This document shows, one piece after another, positions 1-12,292 of a stretch of DNA of 64,000 bases. A program made the translations under genes and the position numbers. Origin of the DNA: Xylographa opegraphella (lineage: Eukaryota); contig JALDZX010000053.1 in assembly GCA_022813865.1 (NCBI GenBank), positions 1 through 64,000 on the forward strand. Direction: 5' to 3'. The notes below the pieces were generated by a model. It ran no database searches. It was not told the DNA's origin and saw nothing but the letters and a program-made list of their open reading frames with translations. Numbering within the stretch: the first letter of the stretch is position 1; the number at the start of each line of letters is the position of its first letter.

Positions 1-369
1 AGGCCTAATCGGCTATAGTAAAGGACCAACAACACAGACTGCTAACGCCCTGATTTTCAACACACTCCTTAATACAACGATCGCAAGGATGCATCGTGAA
101 CTTTTCTATATTATGAATACTGTGCGATTGAACCTTTTGGCGATAAAGGCTGGTTAACTTATATTTTAATATAATATAAAGAAACTGCTGGAATTCTTTC
201 GGAGCAAGAATCTGGCGAAGGAAGCTAGTGATAAAGTTCTGATCAATATTGTGTGGAATAAGGGTCGGAGGAACCTTATTCCGGTTGCCTCCTCTGTCTT
301 TCTGAGGAGGCATAGGAGGCATGACCCCTTTGCCTTAGTGGCCTCCCTCGGGAGGCATGGAAGGCATTT

Positions 370-590
370 TAGAACAGGACTTCTATATAGAGTGGAGGAT
401 TTCCTTTATTGTAGAAGGCGAGTTTAACTTATGTTATGATTTTAGAATAGTAGGCTTCAATACAACTATTGTACGAAGATTATTACTCTTGGAGAACGAT
501 CAGCCTGTTACTGTGCCTTCCTAGTTATTCATTGACGAATCCAACCCAGATCCCTAATCGAACTATACTAGTGAGAAGCAGGATCGTAAC
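370..590 (+). mobile_element. LTR fragment, same family as the solo LTR at 58352-58653
   Basis: 370-590 aligns with the reverse complement of ~58353-58566 (e.g. CTTCTATATAGAGTGGAGG and CATTGACGAATCCAACCCAGATCCCTAATCGAACTATACTAGTGAGA). It ends ...GGATCGTAAC. Upstream of ~370 the similarity is lost. Confidence 0.85.
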
Positions 591-664
591 GAGAACGCGC
601 CCGTGTTTTAAGCCTTATTTTAATATAAATACTATATAAAATCGGCTTATTAAATTAATAGAGT

Positions 665-720
665 TCCCCGATCCACTCTAGTTTCTAACTCTGACTGTGG
701 ACTCCCCCTAAATATGGGGT
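665..720. mobile_element. Degenerate right TIR of a DNA transposon related to the 57703-58864 element
   Basis: ACTCTGACTGTGGACT (688-703) is identical to the core of the TIR at 58831-58846 and ends in GGGGT like that element. CCCTAAATATGGGG versus CCCTAGGCACGGGG differs by G>A and C>T changes (RIP-like). The flank is AT-rich. Confidence 0.65.
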
Positions 721-1782
721 TGCCATCCGATGGACCGATTGCTTTCTTTCTGCCAGCTTTCCATTATACTGATTACTTTGAGTATTGCTGTCGCCAGTAT
801 TGATAGATGTATCATATACCTCGCGGTTGCCGCCCAGACCAGTTCTTCTGAAAGCAGCATCGAGACGACGCTCTCCGTTAAGACCAATATATTTCACCTG
901 CAGCAAATCAAGTACAAGTTTGACATCAAAACAAGCTCATTGATAATCTCGAGTTACCCTTCCAATTCTGGACATTAATTTCCAAACTAGTTAATGAATA
1001 TTGGAATGTTGAATATCGAAAATCCAGTCACGTTTGAAATACGGAATTTCTGGTGTTAGGCTTGGAAAAACCGCTCTCAGGGACATTGAGACAAAGACGT
1101 TGCTACCGTTTCTACTGGTCTGGCGGCAGAGGAATTTGGTAACCAGTGTACAGCGCTCGATAGAGACAAGCGTTTGACCATGATTCGTGCTACTGTACAT
1201 CGCTACAGTCGATGTGTCAAATTTTAGCGTCAAGTCAATCGGGCAAGATATGAATGTCTAATATCTTCCTCGTCAAGTCAACAACCACGAACCGCAATAG
1301 AAGCAGAAATTGTGGAGAGAATCTTCGTCCATGATACTGACACGTAGAACATCTGGGCCCTTGGACAGCTTTGTAACGCAACCACCATGCCCGGCGTACT
1401 GCAGTGACTTGGTACAATTACTGTCGAGATCTCCAGCGCCGGGATGAGTGAACCGAGCACGATTCTTGTTTATAGTTATGCCGGATTGCATGGCATTCGG
1501 TGAAGTGATTACAATGTCGTAAGTAATCCCGAGAAGGCCTTATTCAGCCATCTATGTAACCTCTTCCGGCTGAGCCACCAATCAGGCTGGCTGCTGGATC
1601 CGCCTTACGGTTTGGCGTCAATTGACTGATTAGCGCGCTAGAAATCATCATACCCCACCAACGCTTCACTCTCAACAACGACCTTGCAATTTTCGCTCAC
1701 CATTGATTTCTGAGCAGTCCACCGTCGTTCTCGACTTGCACGAAGACTTTCAACCGTACCACATCCACTATCATCCGCAAGT

Positions 1783-4244
1783 ATGGGCTACACCGAGGAT
1801 GATACGCTTGCGATCAACACGATCCGTCTTCTCGCGGTAAACATGCCCCACCAAGAGCTCACTTCTCCGGACAAGCACCAAACGTTTCTCCTGTGTCACC
1901 TCACTTGAACAATGGCTAATTCTGGACAATGTTTTAGGTCGATGCTACTATCAAAGCCAATTCCGGGCATCCCGGTGCGCCTATGGGCATGGCTCCGGTT
2001 GCCCATGTCCTATTCAACCGGTGCATGAGCTTCAATCCTAAGAATCCCAATTGGGTGAATAGAGATAGATTCGTACTCTCGTGAGTCTTACTTTTCATGT
2101 TATGGGGCTTCATTAGGCGCTGGTCCGACTTGAAAGTTGATGGGCATGATTGGTCTGTTCTGCGCAAACAAGACACAGCGAAAATTCGAGCTGATTATAT
2201 CTCGACCTTAGCAATGGGCACGGATGTATGCTGCAGTATGCATTGCTCCACCTCTTTGGTTTCGGGTTAACGATGGACGACCTCAAAGATTTCAGGGTAT
2301 GACGATCGCTCAAGGAACTGACGTGAGGAGAGTGGTTAGGAGATAGCTGACTTCAATCACCCTTCATAGCATATCGATAGTAACACACCTGGTCACCCCG
2401 AGGCCCATTCCGCAGCCGGAATCGAGGTTACTACAGGCCCACTCGGTCAGGGGTTCGCCAATGCAGTGGGTCTGGCGATAGCTCAAGAGAAGACTGCAGC
2501 GGAATTCAATAAACCAGGTTTCGAACTCATCAACAACCATACTTATGCTTTCTTCGGAGATGGATGCTCAATGGAGGGAATCTCCAGCGAGGCTGCGAGT
2601 ATAGCGGGCCATTTGCAATTGGGGAATCTTATCATGGTTTATGATGATAACCATATCTCGATTGGTAAGCGAAGGATCTGAACATACCACCTCACATAAC
2701 TAACACCAGACACTCAGATGGTTCCACAGAAGTCGCCTTTACCGAGGATGTCTTAAAGAGGTTTGAGGCTTATGGGTGGCACACACAACATGTTGAACAT
2801 GGAGATGACGATTTGGAGGGTATTGAGGCAGCTATCAACAAGGCCAAAGAGGTCAAGAACAAGCCATCTGTAATCAAGCTTACCACCACAATCGGATTTG
2901 GGTCGAAATTACAGGGTACCGGTGGTGTTCACGGCAATCCTTTGAAGCTGGATGATGCCGAAGCTGTGAAGACGAAGTTTGGTTTTGATCCAAAGCAGAC
3001 ATTTGTCGTACCGCAGAAGGTGTATGAAATGTATCATGCCCATGCAGCCGAGGGCGCGGCAAAAGAACAGGAATGGAACAAGATGTTCGAGAAGTACGGC
3101 AAGGAGCACGAGAAAGAGCACGCGGAACTTCTGCGGAGACTAAGCGGTAAACTCCCTGAGGGATGGCAAAAGGCATTACCGACCTACAAAGTCGGGGACG
3201 CCGCCACTGCGACTCGAAAAACATCTGAAGCTGTGCTAGAGGCTATTCACGAGGTGATTCCGGATTTGATTGGAGGCTCTGCCGACCTAACCCCGTCCAA
3301 CAACACCCGTTGGAAGAACGCCGTTGATTTCCAGCCTCCCAGTCTTGGAATTGGAAATTATGATGGTCGATATATTCGTTACGGTGTACGAGAGCACGGT
3401 ATGGCCGGAGTTATGAACGGTATATCAGCCTACGGTACTCTCATTCCATATGGTGGTACCTTCCTGAACTTCGTTTCCTACGCTGCTGGTGCAGTCCGCC
3501 TATCCTCCTTGTCTCACTGCCGTGTCATATACGTTGCCACACACGACTCTATTGGGTTGGGTGAAGATGGTCCTACACATCAACCCATCGAAACACTGGC
3601 ACATTTCCGTGCTCTTCCAAATATGATGGTTTGGCGTCCAGCCGACGGAAACGAGACAAGTGCCGCCTATTACATTGCCTTGACTTCGAAATCAACGCCG
3701 ACTATCCTAGCTTTGACTCGCCAAAACCTTCCCCAACTCGAGCTTTCCACACTTGAGAATGGCATCAAGGGAGGTTACGTAGCAGTCGAAGCTGAGAAGG
3801 CCGATATTACCCTCGTGAGTAGCGGTTCTGAGGTCAGTATCTGTATCGAAGCCGTCAAGTACCTGAAAGACAACCACCAGCTCACCGCACGTGTTGTCTC
3901 TATACCATGCTTCGAAGTCTTCGACACGCAGAGCAAAGAGTATCGCTTAAAGTGCATCCCCAACGGGATCCCGACAATGAGCGTCGAGGTTATGAGCACC
4001 CTGGGATGGGAGAGGTATTCGCACGAGCAGTTCGGGTTGAACAGGTTCGGGGCTAGCGGAGCTTACAAAGATGTTTACAAGGTAATCCATCCTCCATCAT
4101 ACGTTGTGAAGAATGCTAAAAGTCGTTCAGAAATTCGAATTCACACCGGAAGGTATCAGCAAGCGTGCTGTAGCCACAGTCGAGTTCTACAAGGGCTCGA
4201 AGGTCCGCTCGCCCATCGACCGGGCTTTCCAGCAGTTGATCTAG
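1783..4244 (+). CDS. TKL1: Transketolase (multi-exon)
   Basis: [40 protein letters not shown]; ThDP motif GDGCSMEG...[32 protein letters not shown]. Canonical introns; last exon KFEFTPEG...QQLI*. Confidence 0.97.
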
Positions 4245-5108
4245 GCGATTGGTGCGAGTAGGACGGTCCTGTGCCCAATTTCAGCAACATGAATGACGCG
4301 CAATGAGGAGCTGCTCGCTTACATAGATTAGCATGTTTTAGAAAATTGTGTCCAAAGTCCCTTTCAATTTACACCTCGTCATGGCTTCGATCTCAAAGGA
4401 TACTGCTGCACCACCGTAGCCGACTGCTTTCCATGTCTTGAACCACACACAGCTCCCCAAGCTCTCAATGGCGGCCGTGCTCTATCACTGAATGACGTTC
4501 CTCAACGCTTTGCCTCCATCTCCACCTCCATCTCCCTGCCCAGCAACATCACCCCTCCCCCTCCTTTTCTCCCACTCGGTGAATGATGCACACCCGCCCT
4601 TTTCTGCCTTGCAGACCGACCGCTGCCGGACCAAAGAGAGAGACAGAGAGAGAGAAGAACGAACGCCTCTCACTCCTAACAGAAAAGCGCCGACGGATCG
4701 ACTGGCGTCCGGACGAGAAGTCACAAACAATGGAGTGCACAGTCCATATCGCCTCACCACCAGCGACGGTCTCTGCGGGTCCCATCGCCGCTTTACGTGG
4801 CTTGGAGGCGATTATGCTTACACGGGTAGCTTTTCGGGTTGGCGCGACCGGAGGGTTCTACTGGAGGCAGATGTGGCTGGATGCCAGGTCGGGTAGGCTA
4901 GTATGAAAGGGAGGAGGAGCGTTTCGGGAGGTCCGGGATCGAGCAGGAGAAATTTTTGGTTCAAAGCGTCCAAAAACACAGCACGTACATGTATAGAAAG
5001 CAGAATCAGCCGGCAATTATGAGCATTTTTCTCTCGTAAATGTACATATCCGAAGCAACAAAGCTCAAACCCCCTCTCGTGCCCACATAGCCTTGTGAGC
5101 CCGTGGCC

Positions 5109-6391
5109 CTACCGCAGCGCCGTCCTTGCGAACGTCGGCAGCACAAAGCTCGCGCGGTGGATCTCCTTGTTGTAGTACCGGCACAGCTTCTCCTCTTCCT
5201 CGGGGCTCCAGCTCCGGAGCGGCTCCTTCACGTTGCGTGCCGAATCCTTGCAGCAGACCATGAATCCGATCTGGCCTGAGGGGTAGGTGGGGATGGTGGT
5301 GTAGGCGTACTCGACCTTCGGGAAGACTTCGAGGCAGGACTTGCGGAGGGAGGCGATCAGGGAGAGATGGAGCCATTGGTTTTCGGCTAGTATGTAGCGG
5401 AACAAGTTAGCTTAAGACGGAGTGCAAAAGAAATCGATTGTTGGACAATAGGTACGCGCTGCGTGCTGAGGGAAACAGCCAGAGCCCGGCGGATGGGAAT
5501 GTGGACGGGCGAAGAAGAAAAAAAACACAACGAAAGCAACGGTGAGAAAGAGAACGAACAACCTTGCGTGGTGATGACGCCACCCTCTCTCAGCGCACCG
5601 TACAGCAGCTCGAAATATGGCTTCTGGAACAAGCTCTCTGCCGGCCCTTCCGGATCGCTGCTGTCCGTGATGATGATATCGAACTCCTCTTTCCGCTCCT
5701 TCAAGAACTGGAAGCCGTCGCCGATATGCACGCTGACGTTCGGGTGCTGGAATCCGATGGACATGCCCGGCAGGTACTTCTTGGAGAGGCGGATGACGGC
5801 CTCGTCGATGTCGCACAGGATGGCCGACTCCACCGTCGAGTGCTTGACGACTTCACGGAGGACACCGCCGTCGCCGCCGCCGATGACGAGGACCTTCTTG
5901 GGGTTCGGGTGCGCGTTCATGGCGAGGTGGGTGATCATTTCTTGATAGCTGTTGGTTTCGAGCCGATCAGCCAATGGTCATCTTCCGATTGCCCATGGCT
6001 TGGTCTTGACTCATCGAAGCAAAGCCCATTTGCGGAGGGGGCAAGGAGTGTCAGGACATTGAGAGACGTACGCAAACTCATCCCGCTCGGTACATTGGAT
6101 GACATTGTCGAGCACCAGCACCGTACCATGATCGCTTGACTCGAAGATCAACACGTCTTGGTACTTCGACTTCTCGTGGTGGAGGATCTGGTTGACCTTG
6201 AGGGTCATGGCTTGCCCCGGCCACATGCCTGAGATCTCACGGAACCAACCATCTGTGTGGTGTGAGAGCACATGTCAATCTCCACCGTTCATACCTTGGA
6301 TGGGAGGACACCATGTGAAGGGAGTCGCAAGTTCTCGTGCGGAGGTTGGGGCAGACGGACCTTTGATGGTGGGGTGGGTGATGTCGCTCAT
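5109..6391 (-). CDS. SPE3: Spermidine synthase
   Basis: [70 protein letters not shown]. Three introns. Confidence 0.97.
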
Positions 6392-7074
6392 GGTGGGGAA
6401 GGAGGTGTTGCGACAATGGCGTTGCAGACTGCGTGAGTCCACTCTTTGCTGTTCGAATCTTCTTCGACAAAGGATGCCCTGAGAGGTGATGGATACCGTT
6501 GCGACGAATTGTAAAGACAATCGCAGGAGCGTCGCCGGACTGATCTCCGCATCAAACTTTGACTTGGTGGGGCAAGTATCTAAGGTAGGTAGACTACCTT
6601 GCCTTACACTATCAATTTTTGCCTCGTTTGAACGTGTGGTAGACTAGTATATCCGCCCGAGGCCTTACTGAGCTACAAAGAACGGCTGAGGTTCAATACG
6701 AGAAATCGCTCACCGTTCCATCGTTCTGAGCAGTGAGCACGTGTCGGACTTCAAGAGATTTGATTGTATGTGGGTCATGCTGCTATCTGTATATATACCT
6801 TGTCCTTCCATACCATACGTTCTCGACAAGTGCCCCATCTGAGGAAGTCCCGGAAGAACAAGCTTTTCTCGTTCTTTCAACGGCATCCGCCCGATGATGC
6901 GTCGGAGTGAACAACCTCTCACACGGTACGATTCATCCTTTCCTGGCTTTTCTACACACATCCACAGGAAGCCGCCGGTGGGTTGGCACTCCATGCCCTT
7001 TCCGTAATGTTGCATTCGTGTTTCTCGTTTCATTATGTGCACAATCTCAGTGTCCAACTTCCATCACTGCAGTC

Positions 7075-8157
7075 CTACAACATCATGGCAAATCCCACAG
7101 CACCTCCCAGGACGCCCACAGCTTCCCATCCTAATCCCCGTGTTCTAGGCGCCAATCCCGTCTGCAGACCTCCGGCTGCGGTGGAGGTACTGCCAGCGAC
7201 GGCGCCGGCTGTACCACTGGGTGTGACAACGGGACTGTTGCTGGCTGGTATTATCGTAATGGCAGTAATAGTGGACTGTACACCGTTGGGAAGTGTGGTT
7301 GTTTGAAGCACTATGCTCGTGAACGAGGACATAGGCGCCGCTGAGCCTTCCGAGGCAGATCGTGAAGGCGCGGCAGCTGTAGTCGACCCTCCACCGTGAG
7401 GAGAACCTGCTGGACCAGAAAGAGTCACGACGCCACCATCGATCGTCGTCACCACTGTGACACCGGCAGCATTCGTAGTCGTGAGGACAGCGCCAGACGT
7501 GAGAGTGACAAGCGTCATGCCAGCAGCGTTCGACGACGTGAGCACAGCCCCGGGCGTGAGAACCACAGGGCTGGAGACACTGACAGGGCCTGGGCCAAGA
7601 GGAGCGGATGTGGTGGCAGGGGCGGCAGTACTTGCCACAAGTACTGTGGTGGTCTGAACGGGGGCCGGAGTCGCAGGAGCTGCCGTCGAGCTTGATTGGG
7701 AGTTTGGCTGTGGCACGGGTGTGGCAGGTACAGTGCTCCGTGTACTCGGTTCGACAGGATTCGGAAGCACGGTTGATGGATTGATCGGTGTTGCGGTGAT
7801 GGTTGTGCTGGCGTCGGTCACGGTGACGACTGCGGTGAGCGACGAACTATTCCCTGATTCCTGACGCTTGGCGAGGGATAGGATACTCGTGGCGAGAGGT
7901 GCGTCATCTCGGTGTATGGCCTCTACCGCGGTCTGGTCCTCCTGGAAGATGCCGTGCTTGAATTTCTTGGGCGAAAAATCATGCAAGGCAGCATGGAGAG
8001 CCGGAGGGTCCACTTGCTCCAGGAGTTGTCGGAAGGCTTCACTGTCGCTGAGAGCTTCTCTGTTGTCTTCTTCACTATGTGATCGATCCTGAATCACGTA
8101 CGACGAGACACTCAGGATAAAGAGCCAGCTGAACACGATCGATTGAACGAAGAGCAT
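7075..8157 (-). CDS. Secreted Ser/Thr/Pro-rich, probably GPI-anchored cell-surface protein
   Basis: Hydrophobic N-terminal signal, KR processing site, long S/T/P-rich body and a hydrophobic C-terminal GPI-type tail (WEAVGVLGGAVGFAMML). Confidence 0.8.
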   Translation of the reverse strand: MLFVQSIVFSWLFILSVSSYVIQDRSHSEEDNREALSDSEAFRQLLEQVDPPALHAALHDFSPKKFKHGIFQEDQTAVEAIHRDDAPLATSILSLAKRQESGNSSSLTAVVTVTDASTTITATPINPSTVLPNPVEPSTRSTVPATPVPQPNSQSSSTAAPATPAPVQTTTVLVASTAAPATTSAPLGPGPVSVSSPVVLTPGAVLTSSNAAGMTLVTLTSGAVLTTTNAAGVTVVTTIDGGVVTLSGPAGSPHGGGSTTAAAPSRSASEGSAAPMSSFTSIVLQTTTLPNGVQSTITAITIIPASNSPVVTPSGTAGAVAGSTSTAAGGLQTGLAPRTRGLGWEAVGVLGGAVGFAMML

Positions 8158-9204
8158 GTTTGAGAGCTGAATGACGGAGGACGGAAAACCGTGCGGGCTG
8201 ATGGCTAGGTTGGCTCTCAGTCAGTCGAAGGCGAAGATACCGAGTGTCTTGATAATTGTAGAGATGCGTGTCCACTCACCAAGTAACAATCGACGGAAAG
8301 TGATGGCCCGTCAGTAACGGTTGTGAGTAGATGTGTGGTGTTGTCGTGCTCGTAACCAAGGTTTTTCCAGTTCACTAACTTCGGTCCTAGTCCAATTGCC
8401 GGGACAAGGATGCCGGTCGTGAACCTCCTGGGTAAGATCTGCAGCTACGGTTTCAACGGCCCACTTGTGGTGCGAAGCGATTGGGCAACGGCAGGAGGAT
8501 GACGAGGAGGACGAAGGCACGAAGAGAAGCAGAGAAGAGAGCAAATGAAACAAAGCAGGGTATGTATTGGGTGGAGCGATCAGCACGGGCACGAGGAAGA
8601 GGAGGGGCGGATGAAGATGATAATATTGCTTGAATATCTATCTCCGTGCGGACGCTGAAATAGCAGACACCATCAAGTAGCCCAGACTAGCCTCAGCCAA
8701 GCCCAGTTGAATACGAGACGAGCGGAGTCAGAAGTTATTATAATCAAATCGTTTGACAGATCACGATCATGGGCAAAAGGCAGCGTGCGCGTGGCGAAGG
8801 AGGCTCGGTCTTCTATATTTGGAGCATATTATTAGTCCGTGGTCGTCCTACCGTAGTACGGAGGTAGCTCAGGGGCCTTAGGGGCCTTAGGGGCCCGTGC
8901 GCTTACTTGTTAGGTGCGTCGGGGTGACGTCGGCCGCTGATGCAACCCCCCCCAAGCCCCCCCACTAATATCCTGCACCCACTCCCAAAAAGTCGTTTAA
9001 TCAACTACCCACTGTACTTGGTACGTCATCCGTCATCCCCCGTCAACTGCTTCAAACACCACACCTTGAACCTTTAATCCCTACTTCCCAATACATCCCG
9101 GATACAATTCATTCTCACACCTCCCTACATCCATCTCCATTGACTGCTCAGTCGTATGCATCAGGAGAGATGTGCTGTTTGGGTCGGGCAGCCCGAAGCA
9201 GCTG

Positions 9205-11433
9205 TTAAGAATCCTCCCGAGCCTGCCTCGCTTTCATCTTCGCAATGTACCTTTCTGTCGCCTCGGAGCCACTGCTGTCGCTCGAATCAAACCGCTTGGC
9301 ACTCCACTGCGCCGGCAGAGTCATATAGTTGAATACATGTGGAATGTAGTCCTGGAATCCGCATTTGTCCTGAACCGTAGGTCGCCTCTCGGAACCTGCA
9401 TCGCGCTTTTGGAACCCTTGGGCGCCGTGCTTGAAGAAGTCCCTTCCATCGCTTTTGTAGGGGTAGGATTCCTTCGCGGCAGGTGGCCGGATACGGAGGC
9501 CTTCGTCGTTCAGGGTGTCTGCTACTGGGAATTGCTCGTCAAGGAGAAAGTAGGTCACGGGGTTGTTGCGAAGGATGTGGAAGCCGGTCTCCATCTCGTT
9601 GATTTCATTACCTCGGAAATATAGTCGGAATCGGTCCGAGTCCCCGTCCATGGTAGTATAGCAGGATTCCAAGACGTTTCCCGTCGTCCGGTACAGTCCA
9701 AGCGGTGATGGCCGATCCTTCGCTTTCGCGCTCATACATCGCCGTACGAGAGAGATCAAAGGCGCCCGATACGGAAGCCTGGCCAGAAAATTGTCGGCCC
9801 TGACCTCCAATAGAAACGATTTTTCCAGGCCCATTGCATAAGCAATCATACAACCGCTAGCGAAATTCTCAATCAGTCTTTACTCGTGGAGTACAATTGA
9901 AAGGAGATGCAAGACCTCATAGCGGGGGGCAGGGCAGTTACTGGTCAATACTAACGTCTGATACACATTTACTTTGAAATTAAGACGACGTCTCGGCGTG
10001 TCAAATCCCTCTCGGTGCTGTTCCTGGCGAAAGGGTTAGCTACTTCGGTCCGGTCTCGAGCAGGCGTGGGAAGATAGACTGGGGCCATGAACATCGCAAC
10101 ACCCGGCGTATCGTCCGCTCCTGGGTTTCCAACATCTCCCTCAGGTGCCTCAATGGCCAGACCATAATCTGCAAGTTTCGGCATCGGATACATGCTCCAC
10201 TTGCCTGCCTCCGGCTCCCCAAGAAGACTAGGTAGCCAGAGGTCAATTATCTTTCATGGGCGTTAAATAGGACGTCTTACTATTGTTCGGGCTGATATCT
10301 TTGTGGACTAGCTTTCGATGAGCCAAACATGCCGCGCTTCCGGATTTGAGATCGACTTACCAATTTCCTTCCAATTGCCGGTTTGAAGCTCCAGCCGCAT
10401 CTTGCCTGCCTCGTCCATGTTGGAACCCAGGCCGCTGCTTTTGCCCAACGAAGCTTCATGTGTTTGTAGCAGGCGCATCAAGTCATCCTTGGTCGCTTTG
10501 ACTTGTGGACGAATGCCGTGGGCCTTGCAGGCTTCAACCATCTCAATTTGACTCATATCCTTATACGTGAGAGGTGCTGATGACTTATTTGCCTCAGGCT
10601 TTCGGACATGGTCAGAGACCGACTCTGGAGGATCTATCCGGCCATACTGAAGAATCACACTTGCCTTGGCAAGTTTGTGGAAAAGGTACCACAGAAATGG
10701 CTCAGGAAGATAGCGCCTGCCATGTCACAATCAGCTTCCATTTGCACAATTGAATGTTTGGCTGACCTCCATCGCAAATATCGGGCTATCAGTACTCTTA
10801 AATTGCCGTGTGGAGCCCATTCGAGGTACAGTCTCTCCTTATTCTGGGCCGGAAAACGACGGACATGCTTCAATTGCAGAATACTTTCGGTGTCTTGGCT
10901 CAGGGATGAAAGACGACGGTGTATCTTGACTTCAAGGGTTGTTTCAGGGTACAGGTTGAAATTGCTACGGTTAGGGAGAAGCTCTCTGACCGCCATGAAC
11001 TAATCAAGCAGTCAACGAGTTTCTACAGAGTTTGACGGTCAACCTACCTCCTCGGCACCATCGGGCATTGTTCTTGCCTAAAGGGTCACCATGGCTTCTC
11101 CACCGATACCAAGCGGCCGTACTGCATGCCATCCTTCACTAAGCGCCGGTGTCAGTCCGAAGCTCGAAGCCATGAACCGAGTCATCAGTGTACCCCAGTC
11201 ACGGTTGTGCTGCTTGCGGCTCTCTTTGTCTGCTTCTTTACCGACTGTAGGATCTGTTGACCCAAAATAGACATCTTTTCCAAGGATGTCGTTTCGAGCC
11301 ATGCGGTCGTGCCAGTCAGCGGCAGGGACGAATTCGTGAAGCCTATCTTCTATAATTCATCTTCCGGTGTAGGTTCACGGTCTACTAAGGCTCGCGAATT
11401 ATTTCTCCGAGACTGCGACGAGAATATGTCCAT
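9205..11433 (-). pseudogene. Divergent Ser/Thr protein kinase-like gene with SAP-like insert, copy A (disrupted)
   Basis: Spliced reading gives a Gly loop (PLGIGGEAMV), MAVRE (beta3 Lys replaced by Arg), LYLEWAPHGNL, PEPFLWYLFHKLAKA, VHKDISPNN, PKLADYG and MAPE. Lesions: frameshift near 11355, in-frame TAG at 11078-11080 where Trp fits, and a 1-nt frameshift near 10220. Confidence 0.75.
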
Positions 11434-12292
11434 CTTGGAGTGAGAGAGAGCGGTTATTGACGTTCAGCTCCAGTTCAAACGTTTAGAACACCTGCTAAAG
11501 GTGATGCAAGCTCAGAAATATGTACCTCAAAGCGATATGGGAGGATTATATACATTCTTCTTTGGTGATCGTGTATGTACAAAGAGAAATTCAAGCCGGT
11601 TGCAGCGGGAATAAATACACGTATGGCAATGAATACATTGCTTTCGTTCAAGTTCAACGAGACGCTCCTACCGCAACATATCTATCCCTTATGACTAAAA
11701 CTCCCCAGAAGCCAGACATCAAGTCAGGAGTCTATCTTAGCCCGGTGGACGTATCTTGGAGCTAGAACTTCCACGCTCTCGCGCAGGCACAAGGCAGAAT
11801 GCATGAAGTCTACATTTACATCTGTACGACCCCCTAGCTCGTTCCTTGCTCTTTCACGTGCTATCGGATGACCGAGTAGGGCTCCATCATCAGTCAACTC
11901 CGGGAGATGATATTGATATCAATCGCGAAACTTAAGGTCTAAATATAGCTCGACGCGCGGACCAAAGAGGATAGCTTGGCGCTTCCCTCGATTGTCCACT
12001 TTTTATCGGTGACAAAACAATGGTAGCGTCCTTCTGAAGCCTGTAGATTGCCATCCTTGTCCCAGACAGATATAACAACGAAGTTGCTTCAGATCGCTGC
12101 CTCCTTGAATGTGCGTAAAATTCCCTAAAAAAAAACCCCCCCATGAAATCTCGCCAGGGAATTCTCGACAGACAGATACTCCAATGATCTAGCATACATG
12201 ATAACGGCGTAAGGGTTGGTCCTCCACAGCTACCAACTCTGTTCGCCTTGATTCGAAGTCGTACCATTCGTATGCTACGTAGCCTAACGGTC

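Noticed and set aside
730..1500. Short ORFs between the TIR end and TKL1
   Set aside because: No recognisable family or convincing splice model, so no call is supported.
5388..5562. Apparent odd GTTGTT donor in an SPE3 intron
   Set aside because: The GTTCGT donor 3 nt further gives the in-frame TTQGSENQW reading, so it is an ordinary intron.
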